A stretch of 64,000 nucleotides of DNA from Camelus dromedarius. Its lineage: Eukaryota. A model generated the notes under the pieces. It was not told the DNA's origin, searched no databases, and saw only the letters and a list, made by a program, of their open reading frames with translations. Below are positions 37,120 through 50,272 of the stretch, piece by piece. A program made the translations under genes and the position numbers. The DNA lies in contig NC_087437.1 of the NCBI RefSeq assembly GCF_036321535.1, positions 25,050,001 to 25,114,000 on the forward strand, in the 5' to 3' direction. The first letter of the stretch is position 1, and each line of letters opens with the position of its first letter.

Positions 37120-38477
37120 TCATCCAGTCCAGAAGTTTATAGAAAATGTTTCTTCCCATTGGTAATGATAATATGTCGAAATACATGAAATACACAAATA
37201 TGAAATACATTTCTTAATATTAAATCACCCTTGCATTTTTTTTTAACAAAGCCCAACTAGATGATGCCGAAGCAATGGAATTTTAATACACTGATGAGTT
37301 CAGATTATTTCTTCAGCCATTTTACTGAACACTTGTTTTTCAGGAGATCAATTTTGTTTTCCTGGGTGAAGAGTCAAATGATTGATCAATAAAAAAGTGT
37401 TACTCTTCATTCTTAATATTTATATACATAAAATTATATCTATAAAAACAGAGGTTTTCATTAATAATTTTACTGGTTAGAAACTTAAGAAAATATTACA
37501 TAATAGTGGTTATAATAGAGAGTTTTCTTATCTTTTACTTTAGTGGAATGCCTTCACACTTGTTAATATTAAGTTTACTTATTTTATGTTTATTCATATG
37601 TAATTTTGCACCACAGTGTTTTTGAACTATCTTCCTTATATTTTATCAGTTTAGCTTTGAAGACAAATGAGTTTAGATAAAACTTTCCAGTCCTTGAATA
37701 TTTGAAAGAACTCAGGAGTGAAATTCTTTGTCCAGTGTCTTAAGGAGGATTGGGTTGTTTTGTTTTTTGTCAGTTTCACACATCAAAGTTTTTTTGAAAA
37801 TCTCTTATTGAAGATTTAGAGTATCTATATTGTGCTACAAATACGGTCCACTTTACCGCCATTCTCACATTGACTGAACGTGTGCGTTTCACCAGAGGGA
37901 TGCTGGCTCTGTTGGGATGAGAAAGTCTCTCTTCCCTGTATCACAGCCAGAAAGTCCTGTCTGTTGTTCTCTTCCTGGAGGGGTGGTCTCACTGCTGTTG
38001 TAGCATTACATATTTACTTCGTATCAAAAGCCAGAAGTAGCAAAACATAAAGACAATAGCATCAAACAAAGGGCAAAAATCAGGTAGGACGCCAACTGGA
38101 GGGAACTACAAGCAAAATGAGAAATGGTAGAAAAAGGTAGTGTTGACAGGCTGGACTAGAAACTGATTAATTGCAAAAGAACACTCATGTTGTAACGGAC
38201 ATATTTGTTATTCTGAACTCTACTTCCCTTTATTCTCACACTCTGTAATCCTAGTGTTGGGGCACTGAGTAAGGGCTTGCCTTTACTGTCTGTGCTGCAT
38301 ACAGTCATTTTTCAGATGCTATAATTTGACAAGCAGTACTTCTGAGTAAGCTTAAGTGAGACCTCTATTTTATTGTGTAATAAAAGCAGTGACTTAATTG
38401 TGTTTGTAATTCTTGAGAGGTTAATATTTACAATAGAAGTACTTTTGATTTCTCTTTCCCTCTCTTCTCTGTTGCAG

Positions 38478-38651
38478 TGTATTTTTGATTGCTGTTAAGC
38501 GGAACCTAAAAACCTGGGGCAGAAGGCTCTACAAAAAATGCCAAGTGGAGGGAATGAGCCTTTGAGTGATCAGTAGATTGACCCCATTACAGGCTCTTCC
38601 CCAGCTGTGGAAAATTGGAAAGTGACTGAATGTTGAATGGGAAGAAACTCT
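38478..38651 (+). other. Possible non-coding exon (174 nt)
   Basis: Very strong acceptor tttctctttcctctcttctctgttgcag| and donor tct|gtgagt; stops in all three frames. Confidence 0.2.
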
Positions 38652-40419
38652 GTGAGTCAAAGCTTGAAGATTAAGGTTCACTGTGGATGAGGATAAATCC
38701 TAAGGGAATCACCAATGCTTATGAAACAACTGTGGATTATCCCAGCTCCCAAAATGCATCTTCAGCATCTGAATGCAGCGGGTGAAATCAGCAGAGACAG
38801 AGTCCCAAATATGGGTGCCACACATATATAGCTGCATATGCTACTGTGCATTGGCTGAAGGACAGTGAGCACGCTTAGCATCTCAAGTTAACTGACGTTT
38901 ACTTGAATACAAACCAGAATTTATTAACTCTTATACCACTCTATTTACTCCCTTCAATCTTAGCTCTTTCTATAATGAAATAGGCTGCTAATATGCCTTC
39001 TGACAAAGATAGCAAAGATGGCCTAGGAAGTAGAAGCCCCCAAACACAATTTTAATTAATGGAAACTTATCCGGTGGCCAGAAGCCCCAGGAATTAACAC
39101 AAGCAAGTGAGGGTTCTGATTTTCCTAACTAGGACTGATTCTAAGAATGGACTTGCCAATCAATTCTCACCAAACTGATACATAAGGAAATAAAAGTGCA
39201 TTCTCTTTTCATTCAATTAGAGTAATTGTATTTTATTTTAGCTAACATTTTGATACGATCATTGTAGCTAGAAGGTAAAAAACAGATCGGACAGGGGAAT
39301 CACTTTAGAAAGGAGGTCATTTTCTTTGCTAATAAAATATTTCTGGAATATTTGCTGGCTATATCCAGAGTGAATTTCACAAAGATCATGTTTATTAAAA
39401 GTCCCTTTGGTTTATCCCAGATTACTTTTCAAGATCTAGTACTTTACTCCCCTAATTATTTCCTCTTTACCATGTTTTCCCTCATTTTAAATTCTCCATT
39501 GAGACTGCTTACCAAGTTGATTATCCCCAAACTCTCACTTTATAAGTTAAAAAAATAGTATATTCGATAACCCTAGAACAAATATAATTTATAAAAATAG
39601 TAATTTGCAGTGCCAGCTCTTTGGAGGGACTTTTTTCCCTCCTCTGTGAATGTGTCTAATGAGACAATGTGTATCAGGAGGGGAATAGACCATTTGGGTT
39701 CCCAGATTGCTTGCCCTATTTAGCATTATTATTTTTTTTAAAGTTGCAATTAGTATTAGCCTTAAGAAATGAATGAAAATTGGCGATGAATGAAAAAGTT
39801 AATAGATGTTAGTCTTGTAATTAGCAAGGGTCTGATCTTGCAAGAGCGGTTTTACAACTGCAGTCTTCAGAGGACAGGCGAGTCTCCAGCCTGTCTGCCT
39901 GGAGCTTTGCGGCACATGTGAGGGGAGGGTTTCGGGTGAGAAAGGATGAATTGCCCTCCTCTGCCACCTCATGATGATGCGGATGCAAGGAAATGCTATG
40001 ATGTTTGAGCCTCATTCAGCCTCACAGACATGGTCCATCTTTTCCCCAGACAAGAGAGAACAGAATATAATAGAAGTTTAAATGGACTGTGGGAGCAGGC
40101 ATAATGTAATTGAGAGGATGCTTTGATCACAATACAAAATAGGGGGCCGTTCGATTGGATAAAAGAAACATCTAAATATGTTATTGGAGAAGAGTTATCC
40201 CCTTATTTGAAGGAAGCAGCAAACCGAATTTCCCTTTGTGCATTTTTCCTACCAATTTCCCAGAGGGCATCTTTCTCCTTGCTGTCAGTCCTTTGAATGA
40301 CACAAAAACTAAGTTTGAAGTAAAAAGTACTGGAAGAGAAGTCTAGAGAAAAAAAAATAAGAAGGACTGGGAAAAAATAATGTCATTAATATTTGTTTTG
40401 ACATAAATTTGAACATAAA

Positions 40420-41150
40420 ACTTTACAAGTGGAAATGTATTTAAAACTAACAACACTCAGCATTGATAATGGTGCCAAGAAATGACATCTCTCATGTATT
40501 GCTTGTGGGCATGTAAATTGTTCCAATGTTCATGGAGGGCAATTTGGCAGGGTTACAAATGTAAAGTATTAAACATAAGAATCCTATTTGACACTGTAAT
40601 TACAGTACAAAATAATCTACCATAAGGAAACAGACATGACTGAAATAATGTATCTAAAATATATGGATGTTCTTTCCAACACTGCCTTGAATTTCAAAAA
40701 ACAAAACAAAACAAAATGGAACCAAGTGAAGTAACCAGTGATTAGGGATAGGCTAAGCAAATTATGATGCATCAATAAAATGGAATTCTATGCACTATTT
40801 TTAATAAAGGAGTTTAAATACAGGGGGATTTATGCAAAGTAAAAATCAGATCATAGAGGAAGAAAGCCTTTCTAATTAAGACACAAAGTAATTTTTACTA
40901 CATTAAAATGTAAAATGTTTGCCTCGCAGAAGTGGAAATGAACAACACCAATAAAGAAATGGCATTTGGGGGAAGACCTCTTGTAACACATATGACATGC
41001 AAAAGTATTGATTTACTTAACATGAAAAGAGCTCTTGTAAATCAATACCCAAAACAGTGAACACCCAACAGTAAATGAGAAATGTTCACAAACGGCCAAT
41101 TTTCAGATTAAGAAATGCAAATTGTTAGTAACGTTGTTGTAAAAGATGGA
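40420..41150 (+). mobile_element. Degraded L1ME-like fragments
   Basis: 'tattgcttgtgggcatgtaaattg...ggagggcaatttggca', 'aaattatgatgcatcaataaaatggaattctatgca', 'aaagagctcttgtaaatcaata'. Confidence 0.6.
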
Positions 41151-41952
41151 CAGATTAGAGTAACTGCATTTAATATGGGTTTACTGCTGCTGAATCCATA
41201 GAATTTTATCGAAACTTCTTCTCCAGTTTCCAGGACTCCTGCTGATTATTACCCTATCTTTATAGTCTATTAATTATATATTTTGGTGGAGATATGGGCA
41301 GGGACTGGCTAAATACCTGTGTTATAATGCTATCCCACCTGACATCTATAAATTTATTCAAATAAGGCTAAGCCTCAAAACATTTATGTAACTCCTATTT
41401 TAGAGTAACCTCTTGTGATAAATGTTGGTACCTATAAATGATTTATTTTTTTCCAAACCACCGTAAATAAGAAAATAAAAAGTTCGGTGACGAGCCCAGG
41501 AAATCGCATTTTAGACTCTACAAAGGAATTTATGATGAAAATGTCCAGAGAATTTCTTGTTTGACCAATCATCTTACTTTTAAGTTAATTCCAAAAGATA
41601 ATTCTCAAATTTTCTTAATTGCTGGAATCACTCTTGAAGTAAATATACAGTATCTCAACATTACTCTCTTTACAAATAGCAGTTATAGGGGTTTTTAGGT
41701 TCAAATATACATATAAAAATCAATCCCCATACTTTACAGTCATATCTCAGGTCAGATCGTATGGAAAATGAATTATTTAATACTTACTGAGTCAGATTCT
41801 TCTAGTTCATACACTATTCACTGTTTTAACGAAATGAATAGACCTCTAGTTGCCTGAGTTATTCAGCTTCCAAAAGAACTTGGCTTCCTCCCAGAAAGGA
41901 GTTTACACAGTGACACTTTATGAGTGATAAAGTGATATGAAGAGGTACTTAC

Positions 41953-42080
41953 GCACTCACAAGAGCATCCATCTGCTAATAAATGGAATTGCCCTCAGTG
42001 CTTTCAGCAACTTCTTTTGAATGTCTTCAATAGCGCGCAGTCTCATCTTTTAGGGTAGACCTGTTTTTTGGTGTAGCCAC
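41953..42080 (-). other. Candidate spliced exon (128 nt, or 120 nt with alternative donor) of an unidentified minus-strand transcript
   Basis: Acceptor CATTTTTTTCTTAG|G at 42080; tandem donors CTT|GTGAGT (41960) and TGC|GTAAGT (41952); non-repeat sequence containing GCGCGC. Confidence 0.45.
41957..42046 (-). CDS. Putative 29-aa smORF MRLRAIEDIQKKLLKALRAIPFISRWMLL (unknown)
   Basis: ATG with A at -3 inside the candidate exon; amphipathic pattern; no homology recognised. Confidence 0.15.
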   Translation of the reverse strand: MRLRAIEDIQKKLLKALRAIPFISRWMLL

Positions 42081-42689
42081 CTAAGAAAAAAATGCCCAGT
42101 TGAATTGTACAATTTCTGAAACTTACAGAAAATCTTCTAGTAAATTAAAGTTAAATGTATCTTGTACCAAATTGCACATGGTAACTTTATAACATTATTG
42201 GAAATGCAAATTAAGAAACTAGAAATTTTAGGATATAGAGTTGATAATTCTTTACCTTTAAACACATTTCCAAAACATGATACAACATCTTAAATTGAAG
42301 CCTGATAATTAAAAAAAAAATTTACCTACATCTTGTCTAGTAATGACTTTTAATGTCTTATGGCCACATAAACTGTAATCAATCACAGTTAACATAAAGT
42401 TTAATTGAAAACAATTAAAAAGAGTACATATTCATTTTAAAATTTAACTCCTTTTTACCCTTTTTGGTTTACTAGGAAGTGTGTCTTTTCTCTTTCACAC
42501 AAGTAAACTATACTTACTGACTCCTACTTTAGAGATCTTGATTCTGCCATTTCTACCTTTCTTTTAATAAGTTTAATTTGTTTCTCTCTAGACCTTGCCC
42601 AGTCTTCCATATTCAAGAAGATAGAGTTATCCTCTGCTGGAAAACTTTTCACTTGACTCATGACCCTGAATGGCTGTCACCCTAATCTC

Positions 42690-43500
42690 TTTTGGGGTTA
42701 CAGATAGGTGGAAAAGAGACAAATCATTCTGAGTCTTGTATGCTCTAGTAAATATTTTAGTCATTATTCTAAAAAATTGAGGCATTTTAAATAAGGATGA
42801 GGAAGTACTGAAAACAGAAGAAGTTCTATGATGAGCTTTGGATGTTGAACAAATCATCCTTCCCATAGGAAAAGAATTTGGTGGTCAAGAGAGTGGATGG
42901 TTGGAGACATATTTAGAAACTAAAATTGGATATGGTGGGACTTTTGAGTTTCTGGTTTAGGGAACTAGATACATGGTGTATATGTTCCCTGAACTTGGGA
43001 ATTTAAGTTTTTTTGAGGAAAGATTCTAGAAGTTACCATGAGTTAGAAGTAGTTTGGAGATACCTAGGTGGAGCTACAGAAAAGGAAGCTGGGTTCATAG
43101 GCCTGAAGCTCAGAAGTAACGTCCAGAACAAAGACAAACATTTGGGATTCATTTGGGTATAGTTAATCAATTAAATTGTAGATATAAATAAGATTGCAGG
43201 GGATGCGATTATAAAGTGATGAGAGAATTAGACCTGAGATTAAGCTTAAAATAACTTGACAGTGAACAGTTAAGATAGAAAGGTGTCTGCAGTGGAGATT
43301 TAATTAATAGCCAGGATTGGCAATATGGAAACTTTAATGTAAATCAAGCCAAGGAAAGAAAATTTTCTAAGGAAAAAGTTGTCAACAGTGACAAATCTGG
43401 CTTGGAGTTCAAGAAGAATTTTTAAATTTCCATCGAATTTTGGAACATGGAAATCCATGTGGACCCCAGCCAGAGCTATTCTGGTGCAGGGATAGGTCAT
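42690..43500 (-). mobile_element. L2 LINE remnant
   Basis: 'tttgagtttctggtttagggaactagatac', 'gcctgaagctcagaag', 'aatcaagccaaggaaagaaaattttctaagg...gttgtcaacagtgacaaat'. Confidence 0.7.
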
Positions 43501-44169
43501 TCAGTCCCCTGCAGACTGCTATAAAAAATTATATATTTATGCAGGTTAGTAGTGATCTACGAGTCAAAATAAATTTTTTATATTTGGCCTTATTTCTCCT
43601 TGAACTGTTTGATGATGTTAATTACCCTCTTTTCTTTGTTCATGATACCTTTTTAAAGCCATTGCTCACCTCGTACTCTTCCTCCCTTGGTTCTTTTCTG
43701 GTTCTTACCTAGGGCTCACTTCTGCATTTGGTTCTCTCTTCCACTGGTTTCTTTTCCAGTTTTTCTTTGCATTTGCAGAGATACCTTGAAGACCTAATAA
43801 TCACTTAGTGTACAACCATCACTGTAGGAGAGACACATCCTAGTGACCACACAGCCAATCTGATGCTGATAATATTCTTCTATTTTTTTTTTTTTACCCA
43901 CAGGAAATACATTTTTCATTGTGTTTCTCATTAGTTAATTATTTATCGATGAAACTGTAGAACCTGAGCTGTTCTAATAAAAATCTTAATAACACAAGAG
44001 TCCAACTTTGAGAAGGCCCAGAATATCCTAATCAATCAAGATTAGAACCACTGATTTAAGCAGTTTTCCTTCAGGTTTGCAATCTCGGGATGACAAAAAA
44101 GTTTGAAAACAACTTTTTGTAATTTTGTAATTGAAGGAGATGTAAACAGAGAGAGTAATGCTGAGTTCC

Positions 44170-44385
44170 TAATGTAGAGCAGATGTTGTTCTAGTAATTC
44201 TATGTGTTTCTCATTTAATCTTCACAAATCTCTCTTTTAGGTGAATTCTACTAACTTTATTTTTTTTTCAAGTAGGGAGATTAAGGCTAGTTAATCACTT
44301 TTACTCAAGATGTAAAGCTAATAAATGATAGAAACAGGATTCAAATTTAGTTCACTAAGATTTCTAATTACAAGCTTTTCTCACG
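44170..44385 (-). mobile_element. MIR SINE
   Basis: 'tctcatttaatcttcacaa...actcaagatgtaaagctaataaatgatagaaacaggattcaaa'. Confidence 0.7.
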
Positions 44386-47300
44386 ATTATACTCAGGAGT
44401 GTTTCTCAAAGTTGCACAATATTTCCCAAGACAAGAAGGTGTAGCTGGTCATATTCAGATCCTAATAATTTATTCAAGAATTGAATTATAAAAGAATTTC
44501 CATGGGTCAGAATTTTAAATAATTTAAGTTTGTTATATTTGGTAACTTGGTATCTGTGTATCCTTTGAAATGAAAATGCACGGTTTCTTTTTAAGGACAT
44601 AGCTAACCATGGGGTTCACTGAGTTTCAATACAATGAAGTCATGCATTAAACTTTGGCTCTGAAATCACAATGCAAATTATTCCATAAATAATCTTCTCT
44701 AGCCATCAAGTTCTAAGCATTGGCTTTTAACCTTTCAATTTCATTAATGATAGACTCTCAAAAGACCAATCCTCCAGTTGCATCATTATTATTGTAGCTT
44801 GTGCACTTATAATGACTAACTAATAATGTAGCCTTTTAATATACAGCACATAAAAGAAAGGCTTCTGATGTCAAGTTTCCTTATTTCAGGGTACTTTTGT
44901 TACATCAAGATTGTATACAAAGTGAAGCCATCATTATTGTGTGAATCACTGTTTCTGAAAATTAGCATTATCAATAACATGACAAATTCAGTTTATCCCT
45001 TAAGTAAGGGGTGGGGATGGGGAGAACAAAAAAATGTCCTAAACAGCTATGATTATTTTTTAGTTCACTTAGTCCACAATATGCAGCTGATATCCTTTGA
45101 CTATTTACCTTCAGATTTAAAATTGTGAATGAAAATGCCAGCATACATTAAAAATTACAAAAAAGACTGATAGTACTGTATATCTTTCGAAAAGAAAATA
45201 GGTGAAAATTAGGAGCTTTTGATGTTTTCTGGTGGGGCATTGCTATTGCTTCAAAACTGTGGTGCACCAATGTATATTAGATTTTCCTTATTTCCCATAC
45301 TTAATAGAAGATAAGTCTTTTCTAAAATTTACTGAATTTGACATAGTTCATTTTTATTTTAAAATTTAACAGACTCAAAAACAAATCATAAACAATGCTT
45401 CCATCAATAAAATTTATATTACGTTCCTGAAACTAATGACTTTTTAAGTAGCAGTAGGTCATTTAATGATTTCTGTCTTTGGGACTTTGGATAATTCATT
45501 ATATTTTTGGTCCTAGGCATGAGTAGTCACCTAACTACACACTGTTCTACATGTGTAATACATGCTTTTTCCTTAGTGACAAACAGCAATTATGTGTTTA
45601 AAGCGTATTGTAAATTATTATGAAAGTGTTTAAAATATACTTATAGTAAAATATACTTAGTTTCCATTTTTGCCGTTTTAAAGTGAAACTAAATCTTTCA
45701 CATTAGGAATGATTTTACATTTAAGGTCTATTACAATTTATGTCTTCACTCCACTTCTTTGTTTTGCTTTTCTGTTCCCCAGTTACTTTAAGGAATGTGA
45801 ATCTCAGTAAGTTACATTTATTTTGAAATAAAAATATAGTTCAAAACAAGTTTCATTGCCAGTGGAAATCTTCTAAAGGTGTCTGTATTTTTTTAAGAAA
45901 CTGTGATTTATTTACACATTCCCTCTCTGTAAGCCACTCTGTTCTATCATAATAAAACCTACAAATAAAGGATCTGCTCTATGGAGCAATGTTGATATAA
46001 TGCTAAGAGTACAAACACAGTACTTGTTTGTCAAGAGTGTTTCCAAAGATTAGTTCATCAAAGTAGAAATATAACACTTAACAGAAATTTCCATTATGCA
46101 CTCGAAATTTTAAAAATATTCACAGAAGATTATAATAACACATTTTCTTGCACATCTAGTTAAGCATTACTACATACTGGTCAGAGAAACTAGCAATTTT
46201 TATTGTATGTTATAATGACCTTGAAAAATAACTTGGCTTTTCACCTAAAATAATTATTTTCATATTGAATTGGCTTCTTAAACCACTTGGATGATATTTG
46301 CCGTTTATCCAGATATTTTAAGCTTTGTTTCTGAATTTGGAGAGGAAAACATAGACCCAACTTCACTTTCAAATATAAGTCAGATACACTTAATAATATA
46401 TATTTATATATGTATGTGTTTTTGTATGTATGACATGAGCATTACAGCTGACTATTTCTATTCTAAATAAGAAAATTAACTAATTCCTACTCTTTTAATC
46501 TGGAGAACATCAAAACGAATTTTTTCTTAGAGTTACTAGTTTATAATTAAAATTTTCAGCTCAATAACTTAAATATTCTCCTTTTTATGTTGTGTAACCC
46601 AACCAAACATGACTACTGCTAATTATATTTATGTCATTTTTAACATGGTATTTGCACAAACTCCTTAGAAAATCAAAGGTTAGGTAGTGACTAAAGGGGG
46701 AAAAGAAAAATATAATACCTTCTTTATAAACATAATCATAACAGAAATGTAAAAATGTAAGTGAGAGCTCTTTTTTAAAGCTTCTTTGAGATGTTCAGAT
46801 TTAAACAGTCTAGGTAAAATATTAACAATGAGAAGTTAAGAATCAATGTAAGATGCAAAATCACCTACAAGTATCCAGAATATGAGAGATACTCAATAAA
46901 TATTTGTTGAATCAATTGAAAGGAGACACGTTAGTAACTAGGAAGAAATATTTGTATGCATTTTGAATATAGAGTAACTTGGTATAGTTTTAATATGTTT
47001 TTATTTTGAGAGTTTCAAAGAAGGAGCTTTCATTTAATTTACTTAACTTTGCTTTAATTGATTTTTCAGAGAATTCCTTATGGTGGCAATGGTTCCCCAG
47101 GGTGCCAATTTTGAATCTTGCTATGCTTAATTTTAAAAAAATCAACTGGCTGAGGCAAATGCATTAATCAATCTAGGCAGAAAAATACCCAAATGTTTCT
47201 TTTTAGAGATGTCTAAATGCTGTAAGATTTTCTGTTGCTGATTTAAAATGAGGCACTTAAAAAAGTTTTAGTATACCATTTATAGCATTTATGGCTCATA

Positions 47301-47629
47301 TAATCATCAAAAATATATTTAAAATTATTAACAAAGGCAATATTATGCACAGTTGATTGACACTGAAGTATGATCCGACTGAGGACACTGATGGAGACGT
47401 AAACGTTTTCTAGGTTAACTTGTGTCCAATAGTCAGTTTTGTTTGTTTGTGTTTGTTTGTCCTGGCATTCTCACCTACTTTTCCCACTTGTCTCAGAAAA
47501 AAGAAAAGAAACTTGGATAAATAATAAGGATCATAAATAAATAGAAGACTGTATATCTGTAATATTCATACATACACACATATATATGTGTATCTTATGA
47601 AGGGCTTTGTCAAAAAAGAAATCAGTATA

Positions 47630-48160
47630 GGGGTTTTTACCAATATTATCTAATTTAACCCTTATGCACTGTTGTACCAGGTAGAGCCAGCTCCTTTTGA
47701 TGACTCCAAAAGATGACTGTTAAATTTTCAAGAATGTTGTGAGCTGAGGTGCTGAACACAATTATTATAAAGTACCTAACTAAATTACAAAATCATGAAA
47801 TAAATTATATGAAACACAAAGAAAATCAAGTCATCAATTCCTAATTATTTATATATGTATTTAATATATGTATTTAATTTATTGCACTGATATCATTGCT
47901 TTTGAGGTTTTTCACAGTACAATTACAGATGCAGTAATTGTAAAAATTGTAAAAGGATTTACACCACAAGAAATCAGCAAATGCTATAAATCAGGTATTT
48001 GCAAGCATTTACTGGCATAGTGCAGATTTCACAGTTCAATCAAAGATATAGACTATTTTTATAGAAGTGGAAACTGAAACTCAGAGAAATTAACTGATTT
48101 ACCAATGCCACTCATCTTATAAGTGTTACAGCCAACATGTTTTACCTGACTCTAAACAAA
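47630..48160 (-). mobile_element. MIR SINE interrupted by a MER63-like element
   Basis: 'tattatctaatttaaccctta' (left) and 'ttttatagaagtggaaactgaaactcagagaaattaactgatttacc' (right). Confidence 0.6.
47667..48023. mobile_element. MER63-like hAT DNA transposon
   Basis: 'gagccagctc...gactgttaaattttcaagaatgttgtgagc' and 'atttacaccacaagaaatcagcaaatgctataaatcagg' match recalled MER63 motifs. Confidence 0.65.
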
Positions 48161-48214
48161 TATTTTTTTTCAGTGATGCTTTGTTGCCTAGCAAATTCTA
48201 ACAACATCAAAATG

Positions 48215-48420
48215 ACTAATTTCACTGAGCTCTTCCAAGATGTCAGGTTCTCTGACAAATCCTTGATATGCCTTTTCTTAATTGTTACAGAATAGCTGTA
48301 ACCTTCAACTTTATTTTATAGACGAATTGTGGCTTTGAGAATTTATTCACCTTTTTCTCAGTCAGGATTTGAACTCAAACCTCTCTTATTCTGAAGCCAG
48401 AACTCTACTTCACTGCTTAC
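48215..48420 (-). mobile_element. MIR remnant
   Basis: 'ttattttatagacgaa', 'agtcaggatttgaactcaaacctctcttattctgaagcc'. Confidence 0.6.
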
Positions 48421-50196
48421 CCAGATAATCTTCCAAGAGTGATTTAAAACAAATAAACTGGGTGGAGAAAACTGTATACACACTTTTCTAATGTTGGCAT
48501 CAGACTTGAGTCTACTTGGATCTTTATATTGATTCTTACCTATTTTTAAAATAACTGCACAGTTGCTACAAAATTCACCTATTTCCTTCTTTCATTTTTG
48601 ATTTTGGTAAAAAAAAAAAAATACTTCCCCCTCACTCTCTGCTCTGTAAAAGCAAAGGCTTCTCATCAAGACTTTTCTAATTTAATCATGCCCTTTGAAG
48701 AAGAAGCCCAAATCTAATACACATTGAGGCATTAGAAAGAGACTTGAGTCTTATTCCAGGAAGCATTTTCAGGAAGCACAACATTATTTAAATGTAAGAT
48801 ATTATCGTTTTGAAATTCACTTTTAAAGTTATGTAAAGTAGTTTCAGTAAATATCAATTTTAAATAATGAGAAAGACTACAATGTAAAATGATTGATAAT
48901 GTTATAAAAGGTTTTGATTAAAGAACAGAGAGTCCTTGACAAGACATCAAGGTTTTGGCAAAAGAGAGAAACGAGGTATAAGAGTAATGGAATGCAATGA
49001 AGAAAAGGGCAATACATGTCATAAACTAAACTAGTCTTTGTAGGAAAAGTAAAAAGAGAAAAGGAATTAAAAGAAACAGAAACTCAGTCCAGTGATGGCA
49101 AAGAAGCCAAGGTGGTGTCTGTATAATTTCCAAAATGGCTGCCGTCCAGTGAAGACGTTGCTATTTTGGATGAACATGTTATTTACTAAATTACATATAA
49201 ACTCACTTACAGATGAGCTATATTCAAACATTTCCCGAGAATATATATTTACTCTTTTGTTATTAACACATTTATCAAATATTTTATTCTGTCCTTAGAT
49301 GGAGTTATGTAAGTAAAAAAATTTCCATTTAAAGATAACTTAATGCCTGAATTAATCGTTTTTAACCTAATGATAGCCTGTGTTTGAGGGCAATATGATC
49401 ATTACCTAATAGGGGCTATATTTTGCTCATTGAATATTACTTTTTTCACTAACTTCATACAGTTTGAATACCACTGAAATCCAAGTAATTAAATTCAGTT
49501 TTTCTGCCTTTTAAAGAATCATTTTATTATTGTGTCAGAAAAATCATTAAAAAAAAAACATTGTGTTTTGTTTTGTTTTTCCCAGAACTGATAGGAAAAA
49601 TACTTACAAGTGAGCTGTGAAATCCTTTTGAATATTTCACTTTAATCAAAACTTTACTAAAAAAGTAGTAGCTGGAATAATATAAAAAGCCCTAAAACAT
49701 TTAGAAATTTAGGAGGTGGTACTAAAAGAGAAACAAATGATCCTGTAATACCACGTGTGCAATTTTGTAACAAAAATGAATGATACTGATACTGGAGGCT
49801 GAAGAAAAGATAGCTAAATAAAATTCATTTTTGTTCTTTGCACAGATTGAAAAATCTATTGCTCATTTCTTGCAATGAGAATGCAAAAAGTACACACTTA
49901 TCCAGGTTTTATATACTAAGGTGTTTTATTTCTCTGTTCATTTTTCAAATAATACAGATGCAAGCAGAATGATCAAGAGACTCAATCATTTCAAGATGAA
50001 GTATGTTAAGAGTGTGGCTTTCATGAGGAACTGAAATTCTAATTTTTAACTATTCAATTTTTTTTGGTTTATATGATGTGCATTTTAGTTTAGAGTATCA
50101 TTAAGCCTAAAAATGTCACAAATAATACATTCATAAAGAGAAATATTTCTTTGATGAGAAAGTTGATTTTAGTAACATTTCAAAGTTATAATTTTT

Positions 50197-50272
50197 GTGT
50201 GTGTGTGTGAGGGAGGTAATTAAGTTATTTATTTATAAGCACGCAGTCTACCACTGAGCTATAGACTTCCCC
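50197..50272 (-). mobile_element. Internally deleted tRNA-derived SINE (camelid Vic-1-like)
   Basis: Minus strand GGGGAAGTCTATAGCTCAGTGGTAGACTGCGTGCTTA|TAAATAAATAACTTAATTACCTCCC(CA)n; A-box present, B-box absent; flanks taatttttgt/taattttgt. Confidence 0.7.
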
